Assembly: GCA_000320545.1 (NCBI GenBank)
Contig: ADNK01003099.1
Span: 1 to 64,000, forward strand
From: Bigelowiella natans CCMP2755
Lineage: Eukaryota > Protista > Cercozoa
Length of the DNA: 64,000 bases
Reading direction: 5' to 3'
Part shown: positions 41,412-55,202 of the stretch, one piece after another
Layout of the letters: the number at the start of each line of letters is the position of its first letter
Numbering within the stretch: position 1 is the first letter of the stretch
Notes under the pieces: generated by a model
What the model saw: the letters and a program-made list of their open reading frames with translations, nothing else
Database searches by the model: none
Told to the model about the DNA's origin: nothing
Made by a program: the position numbers and the translations under genes

Positions 41412-41799
41412 GAAAGCTACCTACAGGGTTACGATATGTATTGTTTAAGGGACGCGGAGAGCATTCTGTTTGGGCTGCATTGTTGATACTTGTCCTATAC
41501 CGACATTAATTCTAAACATAATAGGTTGTTAGATATTAATGAGTTATCATTAATGCTAGACCATAACAATTCCTAGCAGCATCGGCGAAAGCAGATAGAA
41601 ATATCGGATGTTCTGCATTTGATAGGATTGAACATTTAATGAATTAAAGGCGAATCAGGTACTTCTTTCAGAGAATATTAATCAGGCAGTGTTATTTAAA
41701 TCAGTCTTTCAAAACTGATCGAATGATTATTGAGGGCTATAGATTTTTATTTTAAATAAGCTGTAAAGCTCCGACTCATTGCTTCAAAAGTCGTTCATG

Positions 41800-43060
41800 A
41801 ATTGATATAACATCGCCTTGCGAAACGAATGTGCTTCAATATAATACCAGCCCGGCCTCGCTTGCCGCAAATTTGTAGAATGCAATCATTACATACATAA
41901 ATCTGCAAAAATAACAGTTAATGAGAATGAGATCAGAATCTCGAAATGAAAGTGATATGGGAATTCAATGGAGAATAGAGCTGAACGCTCCTTAGAAAAT
42001 ATTATTGACGATGTCTACGAATTTTCATGATCTTCTAATTTTGGGGATATTTTCGAATGAATTAGGGTTTAATTATCAGAATGTCTACCCGACTGACGAG
42101 AGAGCGAGCAGAAGTCTGGCTAGACGGCTTCTCCGAAATATGTCTTCGAAATACAGCCATCGGCCCTGAGCTTGCGCTCGAAACCCCTCGCAACACCGAT
42201 TACATCGGTACATTAGAATAGCCGAATCGACACCGAAATAATCGTGCGTAACTCTATCCTCATTGGTAGACCTGTAACCACAACCCGGTTAAGCGTCAAT
42301 ACACACAATTTCTTCTCTTCGGAACGAACACCAGCGAGGCGACGGGCAAACGTTTCTGCAAGGACGCTAAAGTCAACTATCTGCTCCCACCAACCCTCTG
42401 TGTTTTGCGCAACGATTTCATTTCTTTCATCAAGAGCTGCAAAAATTTCTTACCTCGTCCATACTCGATCCTATGTCAGGGTGTCCCCTTCGGCTGCCAC
42501 TTCGTCCACGAGGGTGTCCCTTTCGGCTGGGTAGTTTAGAAGTCTAAGTGAAGTCGCTGATAAGTTATTCCCATTATTTTTAATCCTGCGACAATGAAAT
42601 CAGCTTGCACATTTTGGTAAATCGGCATGCACCGGAAGGAACCGATGAGAACTTCGGGCAGGATAGAAAAAGTGCCCGGAACTTACGACAAGGGATTGCT
42701 GCAGTCGCAGAGGAAAATAAGCGTTTATCTTTAAATTTAAAGCAGGTTTTGAATGTTCGATGACGTTCTTCCAATATCCCCTTTAAGAATGTCCTCCATT
42801 AAGCAGATGCACAGATGTGCTTTTCAAAAAGAGGCAACTCCCATGGTTCAACTACGTACGACAATGGATAATGATAAATTTAGGCGGAAAGTAGCATTCC
42901 CGTAGACCTTCGGCAACCAGCAGTCAAATCTGAAAAAATTGGAAGGGGTGTGTGGCGGCTTGCCCACACGCCCGAAGCGCAATTCTCTAATGATGTTCGC
43001 CAATTCTTCTAAGGTTCGATCTACATCTTCTACAGCCTTTGCATCGTTTCATATGTCTAA
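41800..43060 (-). CDS. Probable multi-exon hypothetical gene
   Basis: Exon-like pieces with splice signals: DAKAVEDVDRTLEELANIIRELRFG|FDCWLPKVYGN, VEPWELPLFEKHI and YWKNVIEHSKPALNLKINAYFPLRLQQSLV|gtaagt. No full model obtained. Confidence 0.35.
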
Positions 43061-43329
43061 AAACATGTGAATGGTAGTCTTGCGTTTAGATACCGATGCG
43101 TGTCCACTATGAATCATCATGAGAAAACCCGTGCATGTTTTTCCAAAATAAGTGTTGGGCTATTTTGTTAGTTATAGTTTGGAAAGTTGAGAGTGCCTTT
43201 TGTTCCGAAATGGGAACGATTTTAAAATGAGTGTGCGGAGCTTTGTTGGATCACCACGCTGCATCTGCAGCTCGCATGGTAAAAGGGACATTCCGACTCA
43301 TGTCCTTGGCTATTTTCACCAATAAATAG

Positions 43330-46300
43330 ATGGCGTTATCGTGGATCTTTATCCTAGTAATATGTTTACGGGTATCGAATGCGCAACGATACCAGGACAG
43401 CATGGGATTCATGAACGGTGATCCCTTCGCAGATAACAATGAAGAGGTTCCAAACGGTAAAGATTTGTTCCAGATTCTCCAGGAGAGAAATTTGGACGGA
43501 AACACTGCGAGAGACAATACTACGGATTCCAGAAATAGGTACTGAACGTTTGTTGTGTGCAAGTTAGCCCATGCTGAGACATATGGAATTTGATTTTCAG
43601 CGAAAAAGTTACTGCTCATGAGCACTTCGAAAACCTATTTGATAAGCTCAAGGGTTTCCAAGGCCGTCGTACAACATTTGACGACGTTGTAAAATCTAGT
43701 GATACGCAGCGAAAGCGATCTTCGAAGAGTAGAAGTGGGAAGAAAATAAAGAAATTTGGGTTTGGAGGGAAGACCAGATCGTCTTCAGCGTCTTCCGCGG
43801 GGAGGAAAAGCTCTGTGCGTAGAGCAACCAAGCCTTCGGGGGGGCGGCGGGAGATAGACGAAGACGACATTTTGCAAGGGTTATCTGGCTTATCTGAGAG
43901 GCTATCTTTGCCTGGCTCCGAAATTAATATGCGGCGCAAACCAAACTTCCGATCACTTAACCCCCGACTTAAGGCAACTGCCGCTCAAAGTCAGGATTCA
44001 GTCGTCACGACTGAAAACCCGCTCGGTGAAGATATCCCGTTGAAAGATAACGCAGATTATAACGATCCTCTTGGAGATCTTTTTGCCGCTGGGAGAAATG
44101 AAGACGAAACTCAAGATAAAACGAAAACGCTATCGGGCCTTTCTGAGAGTGTGATACCGGAAGGCCCAATGAAAAACCAGGAAACACTGGCGAAGGGAAG
44201 CCCTACAATAGAAAATGTGGCGGAAAACCCAAACAAAGAATTAAAACAAACTGTAGAGGAAGTGAAGGATCCAAAGAAAATCGTGAATGGTACTGAAATC
44301 GGGGCAGAGAAACAGGCCAAGAAAAACCCAAACAAGGATGTGGACGCGAAGCGAGAAAAAGAGTTTGACTCTCCTCCGGAGGAAGTGGTCACAGTAAAGA
44401 CCTCGAATGTGGTGGTCTCTGAGGAAAATAAAAATACTAGCATTACAGGTGCATCCTCCGTGTCAAGTAGCACACAGAGGAAAGAACCGGCGGCTGCCAG
44501 GATAGAAAAGGACGACGGAGAGCTGAAGAAACAACGAGAATCTAGCGAAGACGATAGCATGCTATCGCTTCCTAGTGGTCTCATAAGCTCAGATAGAGCG
44601 TTTGAACTGAAAAAAGCCTCCTCAGGTGCAGCAATGTCTACCGGAAAAGGTGTAGAGGAGGAGGACAACTCGGTCATAAACAATGAAGAGGATCTTCCGT
44701 CGCCTTTCAGCAAAGTAGAAGACATGAATGGTGGCAGCAATGAAGGTGGAGATGCGACACCATTGTCCCTTGAAAAGATATCATCATCCAAGTCTCCGAT
44801 GATGGCAAACGAAGTGACGGGGAGAACAGAATATGGAAATATTTTCGGGCGGGAAAATGCAGACGCCTCTGGGAGTACTAGTGGTGGTGCCCCACCGTTG
44901 GACCCAGCAAGCCGCGAAGCGGTTAAGAGCAATGCCAAGCAGGATGTACCTTTTGGCATGACAACACCAAATATGCACTCAAGTACAGTTCCAGCGGAAA
45001 TTTCAATTCCTACCTCCGTGTCGGCTCTAGTTTGGCTCTCAATAGGTTTTTTCTGATGAAGTAGTAGTAAAGACGGCATCTTAGTTTATAATATATGTAT
45101 GTAACCACAGGTGTCACCATGACTTTTATTTGCTGCGCGGCCAGTTTGGTTCTCTGCGCTTCAATGTCAAGCAAGACAAACAAGCCAAGCGGAATGGGGG
45201 GGGTGAGCAGCTCATGGGGAAGTATGCATGGTACTTCGGCGGGTGCGGGGCGAAAGTCTTCCGGTGATCTTGAGCTTGGAGTAACCTCATTCGGTAACTC
45301 AAGTTTCTGTGGTGGGGGGGGAGGAGGAGACCCATCACCTTCAAAGCCAAGGAAACGGAGGTATGTTAAACAGGAACTTCAACCAGCTATTACATTGTTG
45401 GATACGGCTACTTCTCCTCGGAGTCAGCAGCAAACGCCGCACAGCAGCACCGTAGAGCTTGGAGAGAATAGTAGTAGTAGCAGTAGTAATAGTAATCTCA
45501 AGCAAAATGCATTTATGCAAGTCAAAGCCCATCAAAGCTCCAGTTCTTTGACGACGACGACGACGACTTTGTCCAAGCAGGGTGTTCGAGAAAACAGCTC
45601 GACGATTCCAAAAATAAGTAGTGCAGAAGAAGAAAAGAAAACAAAAGAAAGGGTTCCTCGTCCCGAGCCGGGAGAAATTAAGAGAAGCTTGGGAAGCTCA
45701 AGTCAAAGCAGATCTAATGGTGGCACTCGTGCGCGCGCATCTACCGCACCTGCATCTGCAGACAATGCGAAAGCTTCTCGAAATCGCGCAATACGATTTG
45801 AAAAGCTATGGGGCGCAAAAGACCTTCAATCAAAGAAAATCACGGTAGCTGTCGGAGCTATTAAGGTTGCCGTTCTATGCAAGTCTTTAACACGGGCAGG
45901 ATTTGCAATTGTAGCCTCTGGTAATAACTCCAAACAAATGATCTCTAGTTTTAAACAAAGCTGTCTCACATTGTTTGTTTTGCTTTCGAACGAAAGCTTG
46001 ATAATCCTTACGAAAACTGCTTATGTTTATTCAGGACAGGTTGATGGACTTTGTAAGGTGTACTGCATAATGGAGTCTCCACAGAATAAAAAGTAATAAT
46101 ACTTTCTAATACTATTCTTGCGGTGTTTGATACCTTTCGGTTTTCCCAATTAAGGTGTGTGTTACATGAGATCCTCGGGCAAAAGGATGGAAATTTAAAG
46201 GTTCAATGTTATAAAACTATGATGATAGTGAGGGGTAGTGTAAGCACGGATATTGTCGAACCCAAATATCACATATTTACTTCAGATACTTGGGAAGAGT

Positions 46301-46446
46301 ATGGACAACGGCGAGTTAATATCTTCACTTTCGCACATAAGAGGAGTAATTCTTGGGCATGTGTCGCGTTGATCAGAGTGCTAATGGATATATTAGTATA
46401 CTGTTGTTATCAAAGTCTTAGAAATATTCGTGCACTGCGCACATAG
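43330..46446 (+). CDS. Hypothetical signal-peptide, low-complexity type I membrane protein
   Basis: MALSWIFILVICLRVSNA signal peptide; large hydrophilic exon 43600-45030; TM segment SVSAL|GVTMTFICCAASLVLCA; Ser-rich cytoplasmic exon. 3' end uncertain. Confidence 0.65.
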
Positions 46447-46983
46447 TAGTACTATTTCGCTTCATAATAGCAGTGCCTGTGCATGCACGGCCATGTACAC
46501 GCGTACATATCATATATCTGCTACACTATAGTATACACGTGCTAGGGTGTATATACATGTAATGTGTAAGTACACATGTGCGTATAATACGTCTGTACGA
46601 AGCAAATTAACAAAACTAGCAGCTACGTTATCCTGCTGAGAGTAGAACATACAGCATTGAATCCATAACAAGAAATGATGAATGAACAAGCAAGTGCATG
46701 TACACACGCCATGGTTACCATGTAGCAGACGCAAGCATGTATCTAGACGGTTGCTTGCCAAGCAAGTAGCCACACATAGTGGGATGAAATTCATTTTCAA
46801 ATCACAATTTTTCCATGAAACACACGATTCACTGTGCAATCATGCATCGTCCTTCGGATCATGATCGGGCCCATTGATGGTGGAATCCGAACGTCACAAG
46901 CATGATGGCCTGTGGTGTGTCTTTTATTGCAACTGCACGTGTGCTGATAAGGGCTAGAGGGGAATGAAGCGACCGTGCATCCA

Positions 46984-48378
46984 TCATCGTTGCACAACCT
47001 TTTTATCGAATTCATTGAGTTGCTCGATGAATCCCTTGTTGGGGTCCACAATGGGTCTCTTTTCACGAACTAATGCAAGTATAAGTAATCGAAACTTCCA
47101 AGTGTTGCTACATCATGGATGCGCGCCATCTGTGGTGTCGGCAATCTTGGCAAATTCATGCTGTCACGTGGACAATGCACAGAGGAAGATGCCACGTGCG
47201 ATGCATGTGGCATCCTGAAGGACATGGATCATCTCCTGCAATGTCCAATGCATGGTCGAGAACAAATCAGATTGCGCAATCAAATGCGCGCGATCATGAA
47301 TCGCAACGACGACACGAACCGGTTGACAAAGGCTGAAATTGAATCCAGAACTGCTGCGCGCAGTGCGCGGCAACATCGGTCGCATGAGGACGCTTTCAAA
47401 TGCATGAAACACATTGTGGCAGAAACCAACAGATGCAACATTAGCGCTGTAGCCGCTGCATTGCACAGCTACATCAGGATGACCATTGAAAAAATTTGAT
47501 TCTTCATCACATCCGTCTCATAAGTAATCGTTCGTATGGCTAATAGAATGGATCAAATAACATTAATATTGGAAAATAAGAGCGTGAGTTAGGTTTCACA
47601 TACCAAACTCAAGGGCTTCCTGTGCGCTGAGATTTTTCGTCTCCATCAGCCAAGCGCACACAACTGTCACTGATCGAGACACTCCCTATTAGGAAAGTAA
47701 TAAAAGTGCCTGTTAATGCGGACTTCAGACTGCTTAGTGCCACACGAACCTGATGGCAGTGTATTAATATGCTTGGAAATTGACCGCGAGCTTTATCTCC
47801 AGTGGTTTCTAGCAGATTCGATCTGTGATAAGCTGATCTTGCAGCTTTGATGAAATTGAAGCAAGCAGGAAAATGCATGATCAAGTTCTCGTGTTCATGG
47901 TCCTCCACCTCGATGACCTTGTAAGAAAACTCGGCCGGGAAGTAACAAGGGACATTGTCGCTAACATTAAGAATCCACCTTTACACAAAAGGATTGTCAA
48001 CAGCACTTCTAAGTTCCTCAAATCATGTTTTTACTCGACTCTGTGTTGTATCAGAAGCTCGTGACTCGCCGCAGCTTTCTCGCCCCCCAGCAGTAGGTAT
48101 GGAAGGATCTTCGAAACCTGCGGTTCTGAGAATGCAGCAAGTGTTTAGATCCATTACGAGCTGGCTAAGCTGTAACGGGGTAGTAGAAAACCTTTTTGCT
48201 CTCCCGATTGAATGTTGTCCAAGACTCTCTGACGTCGTTCTTCAAGTCTTCGTGTTTTATCCTCTTCACTCCGAGCCTTCTCCCTTCGCCGCTTCTGGAG
48301 TGCTTCCAAATACTCAGTACGAACTCGTTCGACTTCTCTATCAAGATCGGACATGAATAAAGACATACATCCCCCCAT
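46984..48378 (-). CDS. Atypical dual-specificity protein phosphatase (DUSP19-like), multi-exon
   Basis: EPQVSKILPYLLLGG..WILNVSDNVPCYFPAEFSYKVIEVEDHEHENLIMHFPACFNFI..ILIHCHQ|GVSRSVTVVCAWLM..AQEALEF|VREKRPIVDPNKGFIEQLNEF. The HCx5RS active site and PNxGFxxQL motif are present. N-terminus MGGC. A further 3' exon to ~46797 is possible. Confidence 0.9.
47092..47519 (+). mobile_element. 5'-truncated non-LTR (LINE) retrotransposon fragment inserted antisense in a DUSP intron
   Basis: Flanked by an exact 11-bp direct repeat ATAAGTAATCG (47081-47091, 47520-47530). Encodes a LINE ORF2-type C-terminal CCHC finger, CDACGILKDMDHLLQCP. Lies within intron 47070-47603; removal leaves a typical ~95-bp intron. 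Confidence 0.85.
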
Positions 48379-48689
48379 TCACAAATAGGCTCCGGTTTGG
48401 TGATAGGGAGGGGCGTCTGGGGCGGGGGAAGAAAGATCGTCACGTTCTATGAATACTCGAACAATCGCTGCAACATAAGCAACAACATGTACTATTTTCG
48501 GACAGAAATTTACATGAAAAACATCCACGGCTCATTGCCGCGCATTTTTGGCACTGATCGATAGGCAATAATTCCCATGATTCCTATCCTGCGACATCAT
48601 CTAAGCATTGTCGCAATTAACTTTTGACAGATTCTTTCACAACATCTTCGCCTCGGCTACCCACTCAACGAAAACGTGTCGGGCGGACC

Positions 48690-49906
48690 ATGGCATTTGC
48701 TAGAGCAGCATTGCGCCTACGCAGGTCCCTAGCCTCATCGCCATCGTCTGGTTGCAACCTTTCTCTTTCACGGAGGGGGAGAAGGAGGAGAATGGGGAGA
48801 GAAATACCGTTTTCGACGAAACCGAGTCCGCCTAGTATGCCGGCCGGAGTGGAGATGAGCTCATCATCATCATCTTCGCCCTCATTTTCTGCTAAAGATA
48901 TTAAGCAGAAAGTGGAGTATGCTCGATCCAAAAGGGAAGAGCAGGGTATCCGTCTCACCAAACTAGAAGATAGGCTGGCAGATTTCCTCGAAATGTGTTT
49001 CTTCGTACGCGACGCAGAAGCATTCCGAGAGCTGCAAAAGTTTCGAGACCGCATGAGGGGGTCATGTCTCGTAATGGATGATAGAAGAGTCTTAGAAAAG
49101 CTGCATAAGGCGTATATAGCGACTTGTGGGTTGAATGGAGAGTTTGAACTCGCCAGCAGGGGCTTTTTCGTGATGACGGCAGAGGTACAAGCATCGATTG
49201 GTGAAACACTTTCCCCAGCAGCCCTTAAACGAACAAATTGCTTTGATTTTCAGGACAATATTAGAGCAGAAAGCGATGTTTTCAGAACGATAATAAACTC
49301 TTGTTTACGCTCTCATGGTGGGAGGGTTCCGAAACCGGACCTAGCTGACGAATGGGTGAAGCTAGCAACAACCTCATTTGACTGCAAGCTTCCCAAGGTA
49401 GGAATGAATAGTGCCATTGCTTCATCAATGATTGGGGACTTGATATCCTTAATCAAAAGACGAAGCTATAACCCACTCGGACTCATTGTCTGCTGCCTTA
49501 CGTAGGAAAGTTACGAGAAGGTATTACGGGGACTAGCGCTCATAAAAGTCTCGAAACAAGTAAGAAAGAAATGTACTGCCAACTCCACGTGATGTGGGTG
49601 GTAAATATGCTACTAGTAATACATCAACGCTAAAAAATCCACTGCTAGATCATTTTCGGCTTCCTGAGCACACTGCTATTCCGTTTTGGTAACCTCTTCG
49701 ATCGTACCCTAGAATCACGATGCGTGGGTGGCACGAGTGAGAGAATACGTGCAAACGCTACTGCAAAACCAATTGAGACGGCAGGTCAGTCAGTCATCTT
49801 ATATTAGCGAACTAGATAATCCACAAACGACTAATCATACAGCTACTTATACTACGGCTACTGCCTCCTTCGGTGCCATTGTTTCTCAAACGACGTCGTC
49901 TGTTGG

Positions 49907-49949
<43 letters not shown>

Positions 49950-51555
49950 TATCAGACTGTATCACGACTTCTGGAGAATATCATCCGGTAAGTACAGTAC
50001 GACTACATGTTATTGGCATATTCATTAGGGTAAAAACGTGCCTGGAGCAAAACAACGGAACACTTGGAAATTCGCAAAAATAAAATGTGTCCGCCCTCTC
50101 CTATTCCCCTCATTCCATCTTTGTGACTACAACTAAGATGTGGGATCGATCCCTCTGGACTACTGGACGACGTGCTAGCAACACCTCCCAAGGCTGGCGT
50201 CAAAGACTACAAGCTTAAGAAAAATCACTGGACGCGGGTATGTGCCGTGCGAAAAAGAAGAAGAAGAAGCAAAAGACGCTGTGTGCGTTTGGCTGATACT
50301 GTGTTAAACGACGACGACTTTTGAGATAATTAACCCTACTGTCATCATCAGAGCGTGAATATGCTCGCAGAGGCATACGCTAGGGCGGGCAGTCTCGATA
50401 AGTCTCGGATGTGGGCAGAGAAGCTAGATAGTAAGCAAGTGTGGAAAACAACAGGCACCACCGAACCACCCTCTCTGCCTCTGCTGTCACCTGCGACATC
50501 GTGAAAATACACTTGCTCTTATGCTTATCTACTACTGCCGATTATAATAATAATATAATAATAATAATTACGATAATGATCATGATGATGGTGATGACGA
50601 TGTTTCTCAGGAAGTTAAAGATTTCGTTGTCTTCAGCGTCATCAACACGCTGTGCAGGAGAGGAGAGGTACACCGTATTCATCACCCCTTCTGTTTTCCA
50701 CACACCCCTTTCTTCGCGGAAGCTTGAGCATTCTCTTACTGAAGAAGGGCGTCGCGGAAATATTTGTCAGATGGAGAAAGCATACGTGCATTGGGAGACG
50801 GCGAAGAAGGAGCATGATGGTGATCGCAAGAAGGAGGGAGGCGAGGGGGGGGGGCACAACCAAGCAAAGCAGCTGATATCGGAGATCAGATTCAACGTCG
50901 AAATGATAAAAGGGTATTTAAATCGCTTCTACACTGAGAGTGATAAGTCCTCATGGAAGAGATTGGACGAGTATGATGACGTGAAGATGGCAAAGACGGT
51001 ACTTTTGAAGATAATTAACCTTGCTACCCATCATACCGTTCCCCCCCCACCTGCCGCTTCAACCGACCGAAGCTCCACCGCTAGCATAAGAAGTACCCAG
51101 GAGGGGGGTGGCCCTGACGATTCGTCGTTACTTCAAGAATCGGAAAGACAAACTGTGCACCGACTAGTAACAAGGTGCTGCTTTCATGGGAAAGTGGCGA
51201 AACAAGAAGAAGAAGAAGAAAAGAAAAAGAAAAAGAAGAAGTAGATATAGAGACGATGAACGAAGGAACTTAGAGAGCAAAGGGAGACGACGCAGAAGTA
51301 GAGGGTAGGGACGAGGGTAAGAAAAGGGGGTCAGGAGGAGGCCCATGGCGAGCTGTTTGTAGCGATGATGCGAATAATAATAGCGACCAACAATAGGAGT
51401 GTGGAAGGCCTTTTCCGATTGCTGGCAAAGAAAGGAATGGTGCGCGAAATGGACGAATGGCTGGATATGATGAAGCCTCTCAAGTAGCCTTTGAACCCCT
51501 CACTTCCTAGCAAGGATGCAAACACACCATTTCGCTACATACCTGCAACATATAA

Positions 51556-51593
<38 letters not shown>

Positions 51594-51629
51594 TATATGT
51601 ATGAATTCATTACATCCGTCTCATATGTA

Positions 51630-51674
<45 letters not shown>

Positions 51675-53963
51675 TATATTTATATTATATTGTGATATCT
51701 GCCCTGAATTGGCCATCTTTTATGGAATACTGACGGGTCGCCTTCCTCTTTCCCTGCTATGGATTATTCTATGGCCTTAGGATGGAGATCAGCAGTACCA
51801 CCTTCAAGTACATTCTTCTAGCATTAGTGAGAGCATCTGAAGTAGTCTCAGGAGGAGGAAGAGGAGGAGGAGGGGCGGCGGGGGGGGGGGGGGATACAGA
51901 GGAGAAAGGCGAGCGTAGAGATCAACTCGAGGTCTTCGCCGACAAGGCTCTCAAATGGAAGGCGCTCAGGGAAGACCAAGGGTGAGAAGAAGATGTATTG
52001 CTTTATTATGAGCATGCACAACACATACACACTCAAGAGGCTGAGGCCATAGTTTTTAGATACGAACATCAAAGGACGGCGAAGGTGGTAAAATTCGCTG
52101 TAACTCTCACACCGTCGTTATCATCATCATCTTCATCATCATCACCATCATCATCACCATCATCATCACGTTACTATGTCTGCTGCCTTCAGAGCGGCGA
52201 TCAGTGCGGGGAACTTCAGTAATATGGTGATAGTGCAGATAAAGGCCTCGCGGCTAGACAAGGCTCAGCAGCTAATACTGGAGATGGAGAAGGTGGTATT
52301 GCTCACCTTCCACGGATGGTGATCTTGCTGCTATTTTTGAAATAAATATGGCTTGATTGTCGATGTCTTTTCTTATCTCTTTAACAAAGTCTTCCCCCCC
52401 CCCCACACTCCCTTCTCGTTGTTTTTTGCTCTGTATTTCTAGAAAGGGCTGCAGCCCACCAAGCAAGTTCTGTTTGAGCTAGCTTTCCGGTGGGTGGCCA
52501 AAGATGCACTCACAAGGGGAGGGGAGTGGAGGGGGGGGGGGGGGGGGGGGTATATCGAGGGAGAGACAATAAGAAGTACGTACACTTATGGAAGAGATAA
52601 TGGCGTAAAGGAAGAGATGGCAGGGCTATTTGAATTCCATCAAAGGAAGAATTGCCTGGATGTGTCGTTGGGGTACAAAGGAGGATGATGCTCAAGATTA
52701 TATGTTCTTAATAAACACTAAAGCTGCTGCTGCTGCCACCGCATGTAGGCACTATGAATTGGGAGATCATGAGACCGCGAAATTGGTAATATTAGGTGCT
52801 GAGAGAACAGTGGGTGATAGTGAGGGGAGAGAATGAAGGCACAGTATTAGATACTCACATAGAAGGGGCGGAGCAGCCCATTTTGGTGTTTTTCCCGCCT
52901 CGTGATGAACGTTGGTAAATACTGGTTACGTTCAGTGTTTGGAAGAAATGCACAAGTTAGCCGGGCGAGTCGATAACAAGGTACTCGCACAGGAAGGGCC
53001 TCCTCCTCCTCCTCTTTCTCCTCCTCCTCATTCAAAACAGCAATCTCAGCATATTCTCTGATGTATATTCGTGCAAGGATTCTGCTACCATCAGTATCAT
53101 CATCATCATCATTATCATCATCATTGTCATTATCATCATCATCATCATCATCGTCACTATCATCCTCAGGGTGTGAGCCAAGGCTTTACAGATCTTCTAC
53201 GCACAGTAGCAGACAGCCACTATCTTCATCATACACGAAACTTCCGAGAGTAAGTGTTTCGTGCATGATAGAAAAGAAGGGGGGGGTGGGGGGGGGTGAA
53301 TAAAAGGAAGGACAACCATATATCTAGTCACAGGGTCCATATTCATCGAAAATTGAATAAGAGAATTGTTTCTTTTTTCCTTCGTTCAGGTACAACACGC
53401 TCATCACAGACGCAGCGAGGGAGGTAGTGAAGAAGAAGAAGAAGAAGAAGAAGAAGAAGAAGAGGAAGATAGGCAACCTCTTGATGAAAAGGGGACACGA
53501 TAACATCGATAATAAGAATAGCAGTCACCATCGTGATAAACATGATGATAACGGCCACTACTTTGAGTAATATGGGGCTAGACGCTGTCATTGAGAATGG
53601 TTTTATCTCTCCATCTCTACCCCCCCCCCCCCCCCTCTCGTAATCAAACATGTGCACGCGCCCAATCAATGCACCCGCATGCCATTTGTCATCGCCTATA
53701 CCATAATTTTTCGCACGTTACGATGCTGCCTCCTCTCCATCCGTTTGCCCTCACCCACCGACATGGACAACTACACAGGGGGGGGTGGAGGAGGTCTTGG
53801 AATGGGTGGAAGAGATGCGGTACCGAGGCCAGGAACCAAACGCCAAGACGTACAACGGCATTCTAAGCTCTTACATGAATCGAGATGACCTTCCTATGGT
53901 GCTGGAGATCTTCCAAGCTATGCAGGTGGCTCGTTGTATTGCATCGCTGCTCTGCTTAAATCT

Positions 53964-54007
<44 letters not shown>

Positions 54008-54297
54008 GGTCGCAATAAATCGATGCTCATGCGCTCCCCCCCCCCTCCCCCCCGCTGCCTTGGTTAGGATGAGGAGGGAATAACACCTGACAAAGCAACT
54101 TACTCTATTTTGATGACGGCCTACGCTAATGGAGGGCTTCTTCTTGAGGCAGAGGGCCTATTGAGTGCGTTGGAGATTAGATAAAGAAGACCAAGAAGAA
54201 GACGATGATGATGATAATGATGATTATGATGATGAGAAAATGAAGGGTGATGAAAATAATGATTTGAGGTGTCTTCTCATGATCTGGGAGCTTGGAG

Positions 54298-54344
<47 letters not shown>

Positions 54345-54543
54345 TAACACTCAATAATGAAGTATATAAAGTATACATATTTCATCGGTCAAACCTCTAG
54401 CCGTGCCACTTTTTCTTCTTTTTCTTCTTCTTTTTCTTCTTCTTCTTCTTCTTCTTCTTCTTCTTCTTCTTCCCTTACTCTTGCTCCCCACCCTCCTCCA
54501 CGCAACACCATCCGTTGATAAGGGTGATAAATAATAAATAAAT

Positions 54544-54574
<31 letters not shown>

Positions 54575-55202
54575 CCAGAAACGATGAAGGAGAAGCACGG
54601 AATTCAATCCAACCTGTTTCACTACGCTACTCTGATCAACGCACATGCCAAGAACTTGGATGAGAAGGTGCCTCTTCTGGTGCTAGAAGGACGAGTGGGG
54701 AGGGTGGGGGTTATGGGATGTTAGGTAGGAGGAGCTCTTGCCGCTTTCAAATGCGTGTTTCGTACTCGTTGTTGTTGTTGTTGTTGTTTCATTCAATTAC
54801 GGCTCTCACAATCAGGAAATCTCGAGAATCATGGAAACGATCAACGACGCGGGATTGGACGCTGCTGATGACAAGGTTGTGTTTACGTGCATCATTGACA
54901 ACTGCGCGAAAAGGTTTTACGATGCGGAGGCTCTCCCGATGGCGGAGAGGTGGTTCAGGAAGATGCTCGACTACGACGTGCCAGCCGACCGCCAAACGTA
55001 CAACGCAATGCTCTTTTTGTCCAAGTACCGCGATTTGGAAAAATTCGTATTCTACGCGAAAATGATGGCAGACGATGAAAACGTTGAAATGAATAACCCA
55101 AAAACCACCAAACACCTGAAGGACGTTGCTGGAAGATCCGAGATAAGCCCGCAGGTAAGTAGCCAGTTATCAAGGATTATTAATAGTCAATGCCAGCAAT
55201 AA
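48690..55202 (+). CDS. Pentatricopeptide-repeat (PPR) protein, probably mitochondrial; multi-exon
   Basis: Arg/Ser-rich presequence MAFARAALRLRRSLASS. PPR motifs EMRYRGQEPNAKTYNGILSSYMN, DEGITPDKATYSILMTAYANGG, IQSNLFHYATLINAHAK and DVPADRQTYNAML. Stop TAA at 55200-55202. Confidence 0.88.

Noticed and set aside
42478-42530. Direct repeat AGGGTGTCCC(C/T)TTCGGCTG x2 as a CRISPR-like or TE terminal repeat
   Set aside because: Only two copies with a short spacer; more likely a small duplication within a probable exon.
44111-45079. 322-aa minus-strand ORF
   Set aside because: Antisense shadow of the hydrophilic plus-strand exon.
47092-47519. CpG-methylation decay or classical RIP as the cause of the TG/CA excess
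   Set aside because: CpG remains abundant and TpA is depleted rather than enriched.
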